Positions 51,771 through 64,000 of a stretch of 64,000 nucleotides of DNA are shown piece after piece (positions within the stretch are counted from its first letter, which is position 1; the number at the start of each line of letters is the position of its first letter). The stretch is from assembly GCF_006345805.1 (NCBI RefSeq), contig NC_043004.1:57970001-58034000 (forward strand), read 5' to 3'. The notes beneath the pieces are model-generated. The model did no database searches. It saw nothing but the letters and a program-made list of their open reading frames with translations, and was not told the origin of the DNA. The position numbers and the translations under genes were made by a program. This stretch comes from Octopus sinensis. Taxonomy: Eukaryota.

Positions 51771-52769
51771 TAATTGTACACATTTGAGTGCGGAAATCTC
51801 AACTGTTTACACTTTAATTAAGCCAATCAAATAACTGAATCCTCGTCGACGAGTGACTGCGATCCACAAGTACATTACGTAATTAAAGTTTCTCTCTTGG
51901 CCATGTATTCACATAAAAATATGTGTGTGTATACGTATGTATGCATGTATGTATGTATGTATGTATGTATGTATGTATGTATGTATGTATGTATGTATGT
52001 ATGTATGTATGTGTGTGTGTATGTCTGTATGTTTGTGTGTATGTATATAGAAAAAGTCAATCCTAGACCTTACTCATTCCATCAGATTTTTCGCCGAACC
52101 TTTAAGTTTCAGGGATGTCTGTGTATGTGTGTATATATGTATATATATATATATGTATGTATGTGCGTATGCGCGCATATATGTGTGGAGTATCCTTCTC
52201 TCTCTATTTCTTGCCTGTATAGAGTCTGTTGTGCTTTTTCACGCATTCCTTAGATTAAGAAATGTCATATGCTTCTTCCAAATTATATAAAATGTATTTG
52301 TACCTCGACAACTTCAAATATTCCAATACCATTTGTAATGAAATTAGAACTTGTATATATATATTTTTTTTTTTTCTCAGTAAAAGAATGAAGTACCGCT
52401 AAAATGCTCATTTGACATTTACTTGTATGGCAGCAGCCTTCTTCTTTAACGATTAAAAAAAACAAAAGGAAGAAAAATTGCATTTGTTATTTAAATAGTT
52501 GTGAGTTGTACTGGAAAATTATAATTGGTGCATGAGGAAATACATTTCTCAGAGCATTAAAAGCCGTTTATGAAATAGAATCATTTCTGTTTTTTGAGGT
52601 AACATATATTTTTTATATATAGATGGAAGACTTTCTTAGGAATAGATGAAGGATCAGATGTTTGTCAGCGGGCGTGGGCAGTCGAAGATTCGTTAGTTGT
52701 ACCTTCACTTAGGCCCATGGAACCCCGAGCATTTCAGAAAGTAGTAGTAAAAGATCAGTCAGTCTAGAT

Positions 52770-53026
52770 CAGTGGGTCTCAACCATTTTTGATTCCTGTT
52801 TGATATCCTTTGATTCATATTTTATTCAGGTGGACTGTCATAGCCACTCGATGTTTTAAAAAGTTCTGTATGTTTATTGTTAAATATTGCTAGGAACTGT
52901 ATAAAAGCAATTGTTAGAATATTTCGTGCATTGTAGAGGTATAACTAATTTATTGCACAAAAATTTTAACAGCAAAATCTTACGTGAACCTCTAAAGGTC
53001 GTAAGGATCCCGGTTGAGAAGCACTG
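52770..53026. mobile_element. hAT (Charlie-like) MITE with an 8-bp TSD
   Basis: TIRs cagtgggtctcaacc / ggttgagaagcactg. Flanks gtctagat / gtcttgat, fitting the NTCTAGAN target preference. Confidence 0.85.
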
Positions 53027-53214
53027 GTCTTGATGGCTCTGGCTCAAACGACGTGATTAGAGGTGCCAATAGAACGCCAGTGAGACAAAGATTGGGTCAC
53101 TCGGTTGGTGAATGTTTTAAGACCGAAACACGCGTCTCCAGGATAAATAAGTAACCATGTATCCAGGCACTACATTTTTAGATTATATAAAACGGGTTTG
53201 TTCCAACCACTGCT

Positions 53215-54092
53215 TGACAAGTGGCCCTGTGTAAGGGTCTTCTACTTAACCTCAGGTCAACCGATCCTTGGGAGTGAATTTGGTGGAAACCCACCGTGCG
53301 CGCGCGCGTGTGTGTGATTGTGTTTGTGTTCGTCCTAACCACCGTTTGACAACTGGTGCTGGTTTGTTTATGTCCCCATAAATTAAGGGTTCGGCAAAGC
53401 AAACCAGTGAAGTAAGCACCAGACTTAAAAAATAAGTACTGGGGTCGATGAGCTAGGCATACTCTAAGTTAGTGCACCAGCATGGCTGCCGTCCAATGAC
53501 TGGAACAAGTAAATGATAAATCATAAATGATATTTTTAAGATGTTTGTACTTTTATGAGAAAAGTACAAACGTTGATAATGTGAACTTATTACATCCGAA
53601 AAGAGAGACGTCTTCAAGGTTTTGGCTTGCTGCTATCTTATTTTGCTCTCTAAATCATTCTCTCGCCAAAACTCCATTATAGCTTTGACTTCAAAAGACT
53701 TCTGCCAATATCTTTCATCTTTTTTTTTTTCTTTTTAAACTTGTTTCGGTCATTGCGCTGCAACCATGCTGGAACAGCGCCTCGAATGGCACGAATTACT
53801 GGGAGACCGCCTACAATGACAAGTTACAGGGATAGAAACAAACCAACACCGAACGTCAAGCAATGGTGGAAGACAAACACAAACACAACGATACACATAC
53901 ACACACTACAACAACATACTCACACGCACACGCGCGCGCGCGACGGGCTTCTTTTATTTTCTTTCTACCAAATCCAGTCACGAGGCTTTAGTCGGTCCGG
54001 GCCTGCAGTATAAGACATTTGCCCAAGATACCACACACTGGAGCAGAACTCAGAACCATGCAGGTGGGAAGCAACATTTTTACCACACAGAC
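53215..54092. mobile_element. Two diverged SINE A-related copies (plus 53215-53525, minus 53738-54092)
   Basis: gtactggggtcgat...ccagcatggc...gactggaacaagtaaa; cgacgggcttctt...ctaccaaatcca. Confidence 0.75.
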
Positions 54093-54721
54093 ATTCCCAG
54101 TCAATAGTATGGATTATACCAAATAACAGATTTTTTTTTTTTTTTGTCAGGAAAAAAGACAGCGCCTCAGACCTTTTCACGGACGTGTCGGTAGGAGGAA
54201 ACAAGTTAGCCTTAAACTGGAGATATGGCCCCAATTTTTGCAATAGAGAGTGAATTCCTAAAGCTTTGGTCCCTTAAGGTGACAGGTGGAGATGCTAGTT
54301 CAATATTGGGATTGATCCTTCTCTCTATCTCTTTCTCAGCCTCTCTCTCTCTCTTTCTTCTCTCTATCCCTCCACCCCATATATATATATATATATATAT
54401 ACAAAAAATTTAATCCATGGGCTGAGATTTCGTTATTTTCTTTCGTTTTGCCATATACGGGTTACAAATTCTGTTTGTTTGTGGAGACTTTTTTTAATAG
54501 TAGGAGAAATAGCGATCAATTTAGTAGCTATTTCTAATATTTTCGGTATGTGGTTTTGAGCAGCTTGTTGCAATTAACCCTTTATTATAATTTATATATA
54601 TATATATAATTTTAATCCAAACGGGAAAACAGAAAAAACAACAACACGTGGAACAGTTACAGTATTATTATTAAGAGGCGCTCAGGAAAGATACATACAT
54701 ACATACATACATACACATACA

Positions 54722-54752
<31 letters not shown>

Positions 54753-54809
54753 ATATATACACATATATATACATATATACACACACACATATATATGTGT
54801 GTGTGTATG

Positions 54810-54855
<46 letters not shown>

Positions 54856-55910
54856 CTGGTTATGCCTGCACATATATGCGTGTGTATACATACGTATGTA
54901 GGTATTACTCGATGTCTTCCTTCACGTGGATTCACCACCTACCCTGATAACATCAGTGACGACACATTTTTATATACCTTATCCGTGCAGAATATGTTAC
55001 CGATAGAAGAATTCACTAAGTTCAATTAATATCAGGAATATAGAATCTAAAGTTTTAGATTCTTGTACTTTGATTTGAAAATGAGTAAAAAAAATGAGAA
55101 AAAGTTAGACGGGAAACATGTTTAAAGAAATAATCTTAATAATTTGTAAACGAAGGGACATAACCTTCAGGTAAGGGAAATAATGCGTCTCTCTTGTGAA
55201 ATAATAAGCTATTTAAAATCAAAAGAATATTTGATTGAGATATTTAATATGTTCATTAAATAAGATTTAGGGCCATTTTATATTATTTTGTGTCGGTTTT
55301 TGTTTTGTTTCTTTTTATATCTTCGATTGGTTTTGATAATAAAGCTTCGTTGTTATGTTGTTGAAATGGATTTTATTTCTATAAGAATCATAAAGGTCCG
55401 TCTTACAAATCTAATATCATCCAAGATATTTGGACAATCATACTGGAATTTTGTGAAAAATATTATTCGTTTGACTTCTTACATATTACTCTGTTCAACA
55501 CTTCGAATCTATCATACATACTTTTACGTGCATAGTTTATTAAAATAAAATCAAAAGAAATTATACCGAAAAATATAAATAAACACCGTTTTTTATGTTA
55601 AAAGGTCTCACATTTATTAACTCAGTTATTAATCTATTAATTTATTCATTTATAGTTGTGTTAAAAGTGAAATGTTATGATTACTTGAATGGAAAATTTA
55701 ATGCTACCTGACAGCTGTCAACCGTTATGTATAGAGGAAATTAAAAATACCATTTAATGTTCTGTGCATCACTTTCACAATCACCTGTGATAATAACCTG
55801 GGTGCTTAAGGGTGTATCAAAACATTTTCTAGTAAGGAATACTTGTAAAGGATATGGAGGAAGTGAATATGACTCTATTTTGTTTATTCATTTACGGCTA
55901 TCTGTCTGTC

Positions 55911-56215
55911 GTGGAGGCGCAATGGCCCAGTGGTTAGGACAGCGGACTCGCGGTTTCGATTCCCAGACCAGGCGTTGTGAGTGTTTATTGAGCGAAAACA
56001 CCTAAAGCTCCACGAGGCTCCGGCAGGGATGGTGGTGATCCCTGCTGTACTCTTTCACCACAACTTTCTCTCTCTCTTACTTCCTGTTTCTGTTGTACCT
56101 GTATTTCAAGGGGCCGGCCTTGTCACTCTCTGTGTCACGCTGAATATCCCCGAGAACTACGTTAAGGGTACACGTGTCTGTGGAGTGCTCAGCCACTTAC
56201 ACGTTAATTTCACGA
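55911..56215 (+). mobile_element. SINE family C (tail type 1), 3'-truncated
   Basis: Matches the 17564 copy up to ttaatttcacga. Confidence 0.9.
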
Positions 56216-56527
56216 ATGCTTTCAACAGTGAACCCCGTTAAAGACACCGAGGGAAAACGTCACCAGATTTAACACCACCACAGCAGCACTATTTAGTCCC
56301 CGGGGGTTTATAATAGGGTCCACTTTGTTGCACATATTAAGATTGGCTAGAAGATACTTCCCTTCTTCCTTCACTCCCTCTCCCCTGTGTGTAAAGGGTT
56401 ATGGGAACAGCTTATTTGCATGACTAAAACATTAACAAAAAAAAGATAATTCCCCGACTACTGCTTGACAACCGATGTTGGTGTGTTAACGTCCTCGTAA
56501 CTAAACGTTTGGGCAGAAAGACATTAA

Positions 56528-56578
56528 TGTTGTAGTGCACCTGAGCACTGTATACAACTATTTCAATATTATTATTAA
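56528..56578 (+). mobile_element. About 50-nt extreme 3' terminus of the CR1-like LINE seen at 62488
   Basis: gttgtagtgcacctgagcactgta.acaa...attattatt is shared with 62872-62920. Confidence 0.8.
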
Positions 56579-56587
56579 GTACAAGAA

Positions 56588-57010
56588 GGCGGCGAGCTGG
56601 CAGAAACGTTAGCACGCCGAGCAAAATGCTTAGCAGTATTTCGTCTGTCGCTACGTTGTGAGTTCAAATTCCGCCGAGGTCGACTTTGCCTTTCAACCTT
56701 TCGGGGTCGATAAATTAAGTACTAGTTACTCACTGGGGTCGATGTAATCGACTTAATCCGTTTGTCTGTCCTTGTTTGTCCCCTCTGTGTTTAGCCCCTT
56801 GTGGGTAGTAAAGAAATAGGTATTTCGTCTGCCGTTACGTTCTGAGTTCAAATACCTAGTAAAGAAATAGGTATTTCAGGGTCGATAAATTAAGTACCAG
56901 TTTCGTACTGGGGTCGATAAATTAAGTAACAGTTGCGTACTGTGGTCGATCAAATCAACTAGCCACCTCCCCAAAAATTTCGGGCCTTGTGCCTAGAGTA
57001 GAAAAGATTA
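56588..57010 (+). mobile_element. SINE family B with partial internal re-iterations
   Basis: A full unit followed by aagaaata|ggtatttc junctions at about 56819 and 56870. Confidence 0.9.
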
Positions 57011-57472
57011 TTAGTAAGTACAAGGCTTAACAAAAAAATATGGACTGGAGTCGATTCATTCGACTAAAAATACTTTAAGGCTGTGCCCTAGCATGGATGC
57101 GGTGTAATGACTGAAACGAAAAAAGGAGAAAAAGAAATCTGAAGAAGAATCGACGTATTTTCTACATCCAGTGCTCCACATCAATAATTGAAACATTATT
57201 CAGCTATAAAAGGATGGTGTGTAAAACACCAAATTGAGAGCTATAAATCCTCTCATCTAGTTTCCTTTAGCGCCAGTTCGCTTAGCTTCTTAATTAGTTA
57301 TAAGTGTAAAAATAGTAAATAACATGTTTTTAATGTAAGATGAGATTATTTTATTATTTTCAGTACAGAAAAATCTCACCCAAAATACTTCCAAGGGGAA
57401 ATAATCGAGTTTTTGTTTATAAGTTACTGGTCCTGATTTTGTTTTCCAACTATCAATCTCAGCATAAGAGAC

Positions 57473-57536
<64 letters not shown>

Positions 57537-57574
57537 TACTTTATCTTATATATTATAGCTACTTAATGTATATA

Positions 57575-57883
57575 TTATCTTTTATTTTCTATTTGTTTCA
57601 GTCGCTAGACTGCGATAGTGTTGGGACACCGTCTTGACGGGTTTAGCCGAACAAATCGATTCCGGTGTGTTTTTCTTAAGCTAAGTACTTATTTCATCGC
57701 CACTTTTTGCCGAACCGCTAATTACGAGACCATAAACAGGAGTGGCTGTGTGGTAAAAAGCTTGGCTCCCAACCACATGGTTCCGGGTTCAGTCCCACGG
57801 CATAGTACCTTGGGCAAGTGGCTTTTACTATAGCCTTGGGCCTTCTAAGTGGATTTGATAGACGGAAACTGAAGGAAGCTCGT

Positions 57884-57969
<86 letters not shown>

Positions 57970-58195
57970 GTGTGTGTGTGTCTGTTTATCCCCCCCGCTC
58001 ACACTATCGCTTGACAACCGATTTTAGTGTGTTTACGTCCCCGTAACTTAGCGGTTCGGCATAAGAGATCGATAGAATAAGTAGTAGGCTTACAAAGAAT
58101 AAGTCCTGGGGGCGATTTGTTCGACTAACGGCGGTGCTCCAGCATGGCCGCAGTCAGATGACTGAAACAAATAGAAGAATAAAAGAATGAAAGAA
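57575..58195. mobile_element. SINE A 3' relic (minus, 57575-57735) abutting a SINE A copy (plus, 57737-58195)
   Basis: Matches the family A consensus. Confidence 0.85.
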
Positions 58196-58199
58196 AAGA

Positions 58200-58233
<34 letters not shown>

Positions 58234-58624
58234 TATATCCCTTTGTTTAAAACACTACTACTGTGGAAGGAGATAAATTATTGTTATTATTTCTAACAGG
58301 TCAAACAACTGGTTAGATGAATCCCGTCCCTCTTTTGTTGCTGCTATTCTCGAACTGAGCCACTTTATATATCTTACATATCAAATGTTTTTCTGTCATG
58401 ATTAAAATGCTGAAAACGTTCCCTTTCCACCTATCTTAGGATTTCGCAGACATACATCAATGCATAATAAATCTTAGAACATTAATATAATAATTACATT
58501 ACTGACAGTATATATACTGACCGACTGGTAGATTAATTTCACAAAGGAGTAATTTTACATAAAATGTACAGAATGATCCAAAAAGCCAAGCTACTATTTT
58601 ATACTAATATACTAAATTAGATAA

Positions 58625-59015
58625 CGAGTTAGCATAATCGCTAGCACGCCGGGCAAAATGCTTAGCAGCATTTCGTCCGTTATAACGTTCTGAGTTCAAA
58701 TTCCGTCAAGGTCGACTTTACCTTTCGTCCTTCCGGGGTCGATAAAATACATGCCAGTAGAGCACTGGGCGCGATGTAACCGACTTAACCCTTCCCCTAA
58801 AATTGTTGGCCTTGTGCCAAAATTTGAAAGTAATATATATATATAAGCTCAAGAGTGGCTGTGTGGTAAGTAGCTTGCTAACCAACCACATGGGCCGGGT
58901 TCAGTCCCACTGCGTGGCATCTTGGGCAAGTGTCTTCTGCTATAGCCCCGGGCCGACCAATGCCTTGTGAGTGGATTTGGTAGACGGAAACTAAAAGAAG
59001 CCTGTCGTATATATG

Positions 59016-59046
<31 letters not shown>

Positions 59047-59252
59047 GTGTTTGTGTGTCTGTGTTTGTCCCCCTAGCATTGCTTGACAACCGATGCTGGT
59101 GTGTTTACGTCCCCGTCACTTAGCGGTTCGGCAAAAGAGACCGATATAATAAGTACTGGGCTTACAAAGAATAAGTCCCGGAGTCGATTTGCTCGACTAA
59201 AGGCGGTTCTCCAGCATGGCCGCAGTCAAAATGACTGAAACAAGTAAAAGAG
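58625..59252 (+). mobile_element. SINE B (58625-58830) followed by SINE A (58851-59252)
   Basis: Matches the family consensuses. Confidence 0.88.
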
Positions 59253-59257
59253 TATAC

Positions 59258-59327
<70 letters not shown>

Positions 59328-59454
59328 TAAATGGTAATGCGACTTGGGTCCTTTTGTATATAATAATGTCTAAAACACAGAAGATTTAACAATTCTTCAA
59401 TGGTTAAATTCTTCTGAGGCTAAATTTCTCAGTCTCACTTTTTCTTAGTTTTTC

Positions 59455-59895
59455 TTGTTATTGAGCCTCGTGCCCATTGTGTACTTACTGAAGCCCTTCA
59501 CTCCCAATGAAGCCCTTCACTATCGACGACTTCTCTCCACTCCTCATGACTCAGCTGTCTTTCCTGCATCTCCCCATTTGGATCCCTACTTTTTCAGTTC
59601 TGCCTCAGTATCTTGCCTTTCCCAGGGAAAGGCCTTCCTCCACCTGGTCTTGTTGGTTTTCAATTGTTCTCGTTGCTTCTGTAACTCGGCCTTTTTTTCG
59701 TGTATGTAGGTAGAGATGTTAGCAGTACGGAAACCCATTTTTTACTTCTGGGAAGAGGTGGTCCATTGTAGTGTAGCCCCTATCTTTTGATTTGTCCAGC
59801 TTAGGAAGCCCTACCAATAGCTTCCACTCTACTGGAATAGTTCTCAAGGTTATTGAGACACACAAGTCACCACAAAGCATCAATGACAAGGCCTT
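59455..59895 (-). mobile_element. Decayed RTE-like LINE derivative (5'-UTR-like segment joined to an ORF2 3' end)
   Basis: Minus strand GRP...(W)REVV-type C-terminal remnant, plus ccttgtc...ttgtgtgtctcaataaccttgagaactat reminiscent of RTE 5' ends. Heavily mutated. Confidence 0.45.
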
Positions 59896-60224
59896 GTGGT
59901 GAACCTATTGCATAGTATTAATTATATGTTTACTGGCTTCATTAGTGATTATTGAGAAAATGGAGAAGATGGTGGATTGGCTGAATCGCGAGAGCTTTTG
60001 ACAAAATGTTTTATAGCATTTGCTCTCATTCCTTCTCGGTTCAAATGATACACCGGGTAGACAAAATTTGGGACAATTAGGGCCAAAATTAGGTAGACAA
60101 GTATTTAGGGAGATTTCATCGACTTGCCAAATTTTGGCTATGTGCTTACCTCAGAAACAATGATTTATAAATAGGAAATTAATGAGTGTAGTAAGCTACG
60201 AAATACCTACATTCTCTCGATTTC

Positions 60225-60683
60225 CTGTTATTCAGACCGCCTCATGGTCCAAGCAGACAAGGTGGAAAAGGCGTTGCCCGGAGGATGGCGATGGAGATGT
60301 ACTGGAACAGCTACTCTAACTCACAGAGCTCGCACTTATAAATAGCCGTCTCCACCCCGATAACGGTGAGCAGGAATATGGTCCAAGGGCCGAGAACGCC
60401 GGGGGTCTTCATTGCCACAGGCTCAACCATTAACCTGTCAGAGAGCGACCGTAATTTAACACTTTGCAGCAGAGTCTTGGCTGGTAACTAAACTCACCAA
60501 GTTACCGCTGGAGGAGATTTCACAGTATGTGACATCCCAGATGAGAGACCTACTGCCACGGAACGGGAAATTTGTTGTACCGTCAGGCCTTTTACCGTCC
60601 TTCGGTCTAGCCGCGCTGGCTCGAGCTGAGAAAGGAAGATTGCGGCGTCTAGGCCACGCTTTAAGAAAGAATTATCGCATATA
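60225..60683 (-). pseudogene. Restriction-like endonuclease (RLE) domain of an early-branching (CRE-like) non-LTR retrotransposon, decayed
   Basis: With frameshifts reads LKRGLDAA..SQLEPARLDR/DGKRPDGTTNFPFRGSRSLIWDVT...YRSLSDRLMVEPVAMKTPGVLGP...LFQYISIAILR/GNAFS (PD..D..E..K..KY-type fold). Confidence 0.85.
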
Positions 60684-61182
60684 TCTTTATAAATAAAAGC
60701 CAAGTTGTGTGTCTGTCTCCTATGATTTAGATTCCTAACTACTCCCACATTTTGCGGTGCAGTTTAACTAAAACCGGGTATCTTATAGTCGTGATTCATA
60801 TCGAGCCCTTCTGGGTATTAGCGCGCGTCTACGATGAGTCTACGATTTCAAAAAAAATTTACCATAATTTTTTTCCATTTTAATGCATTTTTTCGCTATT
60901 ATATAAGGGAAGTAACTTTCTAAAAATGTCTACGATGTATCAACGATTTAAAAAAAAATTTACCATCATTTTTTCCCATTTTTAATGCATTTTTTTCGCT
61001 ATTATATAAGGGAAGTAACTCTCTAAAAATGTCTACGATGAGTCAACGATTAAAAAAAAAATTACCATCATTTTTTTCCCATTTTTAATGCATTTTTTGC
61101 TATTTTTTGGCTATAACTCTCTAAAAATGCTTATATAGTTATTTCCCTTACAAACCCGAGCAGCGCCGGGCGATACTGCTAG
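60684..61182 (+). mobile_element. Non-autonomous Helitron-like element, copy 4, with three internal ~100-bp tandem units
   Basis: a|TCTTTATAAATAAAAG...cccgagcagcgccgggcgatactgCTAG|t. The unit tctacgatg...taactctctaaaaatg is repeated. Confidence 0.88.
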
Positions 61183-61298
61183 TCTCGGAATAAAATAATG
61201 TTCATCTTCCCCACATCCTACAGTTAAGATATATTGGAAATGCCACTGCTGTAGTTTCATTTTATATCTATCAATAGCGAGTCTGTTCGTTCTAATCC

Positions 61299-61340
<42 letters not shown>

Positions 61341-61659
61341 CCAGGTATATTTATATATTTTATAAACGATCCTCTTGAAAGATTTCTTTTTTATATTCAT
61401 TGCTATTAATTTAAATTGCAAGCTGGATTAATTCCAGATATTCTCTAAGAATATTCTCATTATGCAAACTATGAAATTACAAAAGGCATTTCAATTTTAT
61501 CCCTTTAAAACTGAAATTTGTTCAAACGAATAGAAAATAATCTGAAAGATGTATATATGTATATATGTATGCATGTATGGACGGACGGATGTAATATCGC
61601 TGCTATAGTTATTTTCTGAGATAATTGAAAACTAACACAATTGAAGTGAAATGCATGTA

Positions 61660-61810
61660 TTGATAAAGCATATCAAGTGAAATTATTTAGCTTAATGCTT
61701 CAATGTATGCAGTAAATCCAGAAGTACTTAATTTTGATAAAGCATATCAAGTGAAATTATTTAGCTTAATGCTTCAATGTATGCAGTAAATCCAGAAGTA
61801 CTTAATTTTG
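61660..61810. repeat. Perfect 74-bp tandem duplication
   Basis: ttgataaagcatatcaagtg...gaagtacttaatt at 61660 and 61734. Confidence 0.92.
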
Positions 61811-62487
61811 TTATAGGATTTAGTGCACGAAATCCTACCAGTCAGTATTTAGTAGAGCGAAAAAAATATCGTTATACAGTTAGAGAAAACATCTCAATCG
61901 GTCAAGTACTGGAAGCGTGCTGAGAATTCAAATTTCTGTGAATTTTGAAAATACATATCTGCAGCGAAGAACGCGATGAGTAACGTAGTATATTCGTTTT
62001 TCACTCGGGAAATTTTCTCATTCTAAATTAAATTTTTTTCAAAATAACAGAAGGCTACAAAATATCCATGCATACGTGAATTTTAAAAGTTAATTACAAG
62101 TTTAATGAATGTATAAAGGGACGTAACTTAAACAACCTATAGTAATAATGAAGTTACTTCCCTTCCAAAATAATTTGCATTTAGAATAGTTTCAGATAAT
62201 TTCGTTAACAGAAAGTTGTAGAACGATAATAAAGAAGTATAAATTAAATTAGACATTCTCTTATAATCCAGAACGGTATTCTGTGAGGAATTTCTTTTCT
62301 ATTATCAACAACAATTTCCCTAATAAGACCGAAACTTTATATCCTCGTAACCCATAATTTTATTTGAGTTTATTTATTTAATTTGGCGAGAGCACCTGCA
62401 TTAATAATTAACTAACAGTAACAGACGAAAAGAGTATACGTTGAGCCTTAAGAGAAGTCATCATCAAAGAAGACCCGTTAATAATAA

Positions 62488-62920
62488 AGGCGTCTGGCGA
62501 TGGACTTGGTAAACACCCACAAAGTTATCAACCACCTCACCAACAACAACACTGAACACCTTTATGATCTCCATGTGTCCAACACACGTGGACATGCCTA
62601 CAAAGTCAGAAAACAGCACAGCTCCCATGACTTTCGGAAACATTTTTTCACGCTCAGAGTTGCTGAAGCATGGAACAAACTGCCTGCATCAGTTGTTGAC
62701 TGCCATGTCACTGCATCCTTTAAGGCCCTCATGCTTTCCGAAATCCGCCGAAACTACACCTGATTGTCCCCCTTCCATACTCATACACATATGTGTATGT
62801 CATGACTCATGCACTGTTCTTTTCCTGACGCTTGTACGTTACCCTATGTACTATACATACACTTTAGATGAGTTGTAGTGCACCTGAGCACTGTACACAA
62901 TGTTTTATTATTATTATTAT
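62488..62920 (+). pseudogene. CR1-like LINE 3' end (ORF2 C-terminus, 3' UTR, (ATT)n tail)
   Basis: RRLAMDLVNTHKVIN...NTRGHAYKVRKQHSSHDFRKHFFTLRVAEAWNKLPASVV...ASFK matches the CR1 TRGH..K......R..FF..RV...WN.LP motif. Confidence 0.9.
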
Positions 62921-63463
62921 AATGAATGTCAAGCCGATGACTTGGGGTGATCCTCACAATAATTCTTATCGCGTGAGATATGAATAAACAAATGAGTTCA
63001 AATACACTATGGTATTCTAGTAATTATTGCTGGGTCCCTAGCTTAGGTATCTGTTAGTCACAAATATTATTTACATTTAGAATTGTGTACATTTTTGTTA
63101 CTAACTTCCATGATATCAGAAGCAATACAAGTATTACATAATAGTGATTGCTTTGTTTTGTACTATCATCTTAAACTGATAAATACGGGGCGAAGTAATT
63201 TTACAGCGAGATGATATAACAATAATGCATATGAGTATAAGTTTTATATGAGTTGTTAATTCATTACACATGGTCATTTACAGAAGGTTTAAAACTGAAG
63301 TAACAAAATATTATACTTTGCTGGGGTCCCATGTGTTATGTAATAGGTTCATGCTAAACAACAAACACACACATTTATGTATGTAAACAGTATGTATGTA
63401 TAAACATATATGTATATGTGTGTGTATGACACATGACTATACGCTATCTATATTTGTATATAT

Positions 63464-63676
63464 CAGTGCTTTTCAACCTTTTTGCTGGAGCGGAACCCCA
63501 AGGAAACATTCCACTGGCTCGAGGAACCCCTGTGCAATAATTTGTCTTATGCACACATATCTGCACAGGAGAATTAAAAATTAGTCGATTTTAGCATTTT
63601 TGTAACTTCTTGCAGAACTCCTGGACTGTACTGGCAGAACCCTAAGGTTCCACGGAACCCTGGTTGAAAACCACTG
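63464..63676. mobile_element. hAT MITE with a perfect 8-bp TSD
   Basis: TIRs cagtgcttttcaacc / ggttgaaaaccactg. gtatatat on both flanks. Confidence 0.88.
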
Positions 63677-64000
63677 GTATATATACATGTATAAGTGTAT
63701 ATGTGTGTGTCTATCAATATATATATATGTGTGTGTGTGTGTGTACTTATATTCATGCATATATGCATAGACATACATACATATATACCACATGTGTGAG
63801 TGTATGTGTATATATATTCAGAGTAATAAAGTTAATGTCTGGTTATAGTGACTAATGGTTACGCATCCACGAATGCTGTAGCTTTATGGATAACACATCA
63901 AATTCAAGTCCAAAGACCTCAAGCAACAGTTTCAAATAGACCTCATTGGAAGGTGCTGGAATATTCTTTATAGAATAACCAATATCATAACATTCTATGT

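Noticed and set aside
53120-53145. gaccGAAAcacgcgTC hammerhead-like 3' half
   Set aside because: No intact CUGANGA box or matching stem I found upstream.
60236-60370. Plus-strand exon-like segment (ttattcAG...g|GTGAGC)
   Set aside because: All three frames hit stops before the donor; better explained as the antisense of the RLE retrotransposon relic.

Overview
AT-rich eukaryotic (animal) DNA with no intact protein-coding gene, rRNA, true tRNA or CRISPR array. The mix of dense (TA)n/(TATG)n/(AAT)n microsatellites and tRNA-headed SINE families looks like a cephalopod genome, probably Octopus (recognition only, not verified). The window reads as a large intron or intergenic region. It contains: a decayed Penelope-like retroelement (PLE; RT C-terminus plus GIY-YIG) split by a non-autonomous Helitron; four copies of that Helitron; a Merlin/IS1595-like transposase relic; several LINE 3' ends (CR1/Jockey-like, RTE-like, one RLE-type); two hAT MITEs with 8-bp TSDs; and more than 30 SINE copies in at least four families (A-D, my labels). 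A 45-nt candidate exon at 26400-26444 is the best evidence for a host gene. The most interesting signals are: (i) about ten unrelated short fold-back elements, mostly beside microsatellites, several carrying minimal hammerhead-ribozyme cores and one carrying two back-to-back cores inside a 15-bp TSD; (ii) a SINE that forms multimers through an identical junction at independent loci; (iii) a LINE/SINE shared 3' tail with a covarying hairpin. I cannot establish a new biological system from sequence alone. Known PLE hammerhead biology is the most economical explanation for (i). Coordinates were read by eye and may be off by a few bases.
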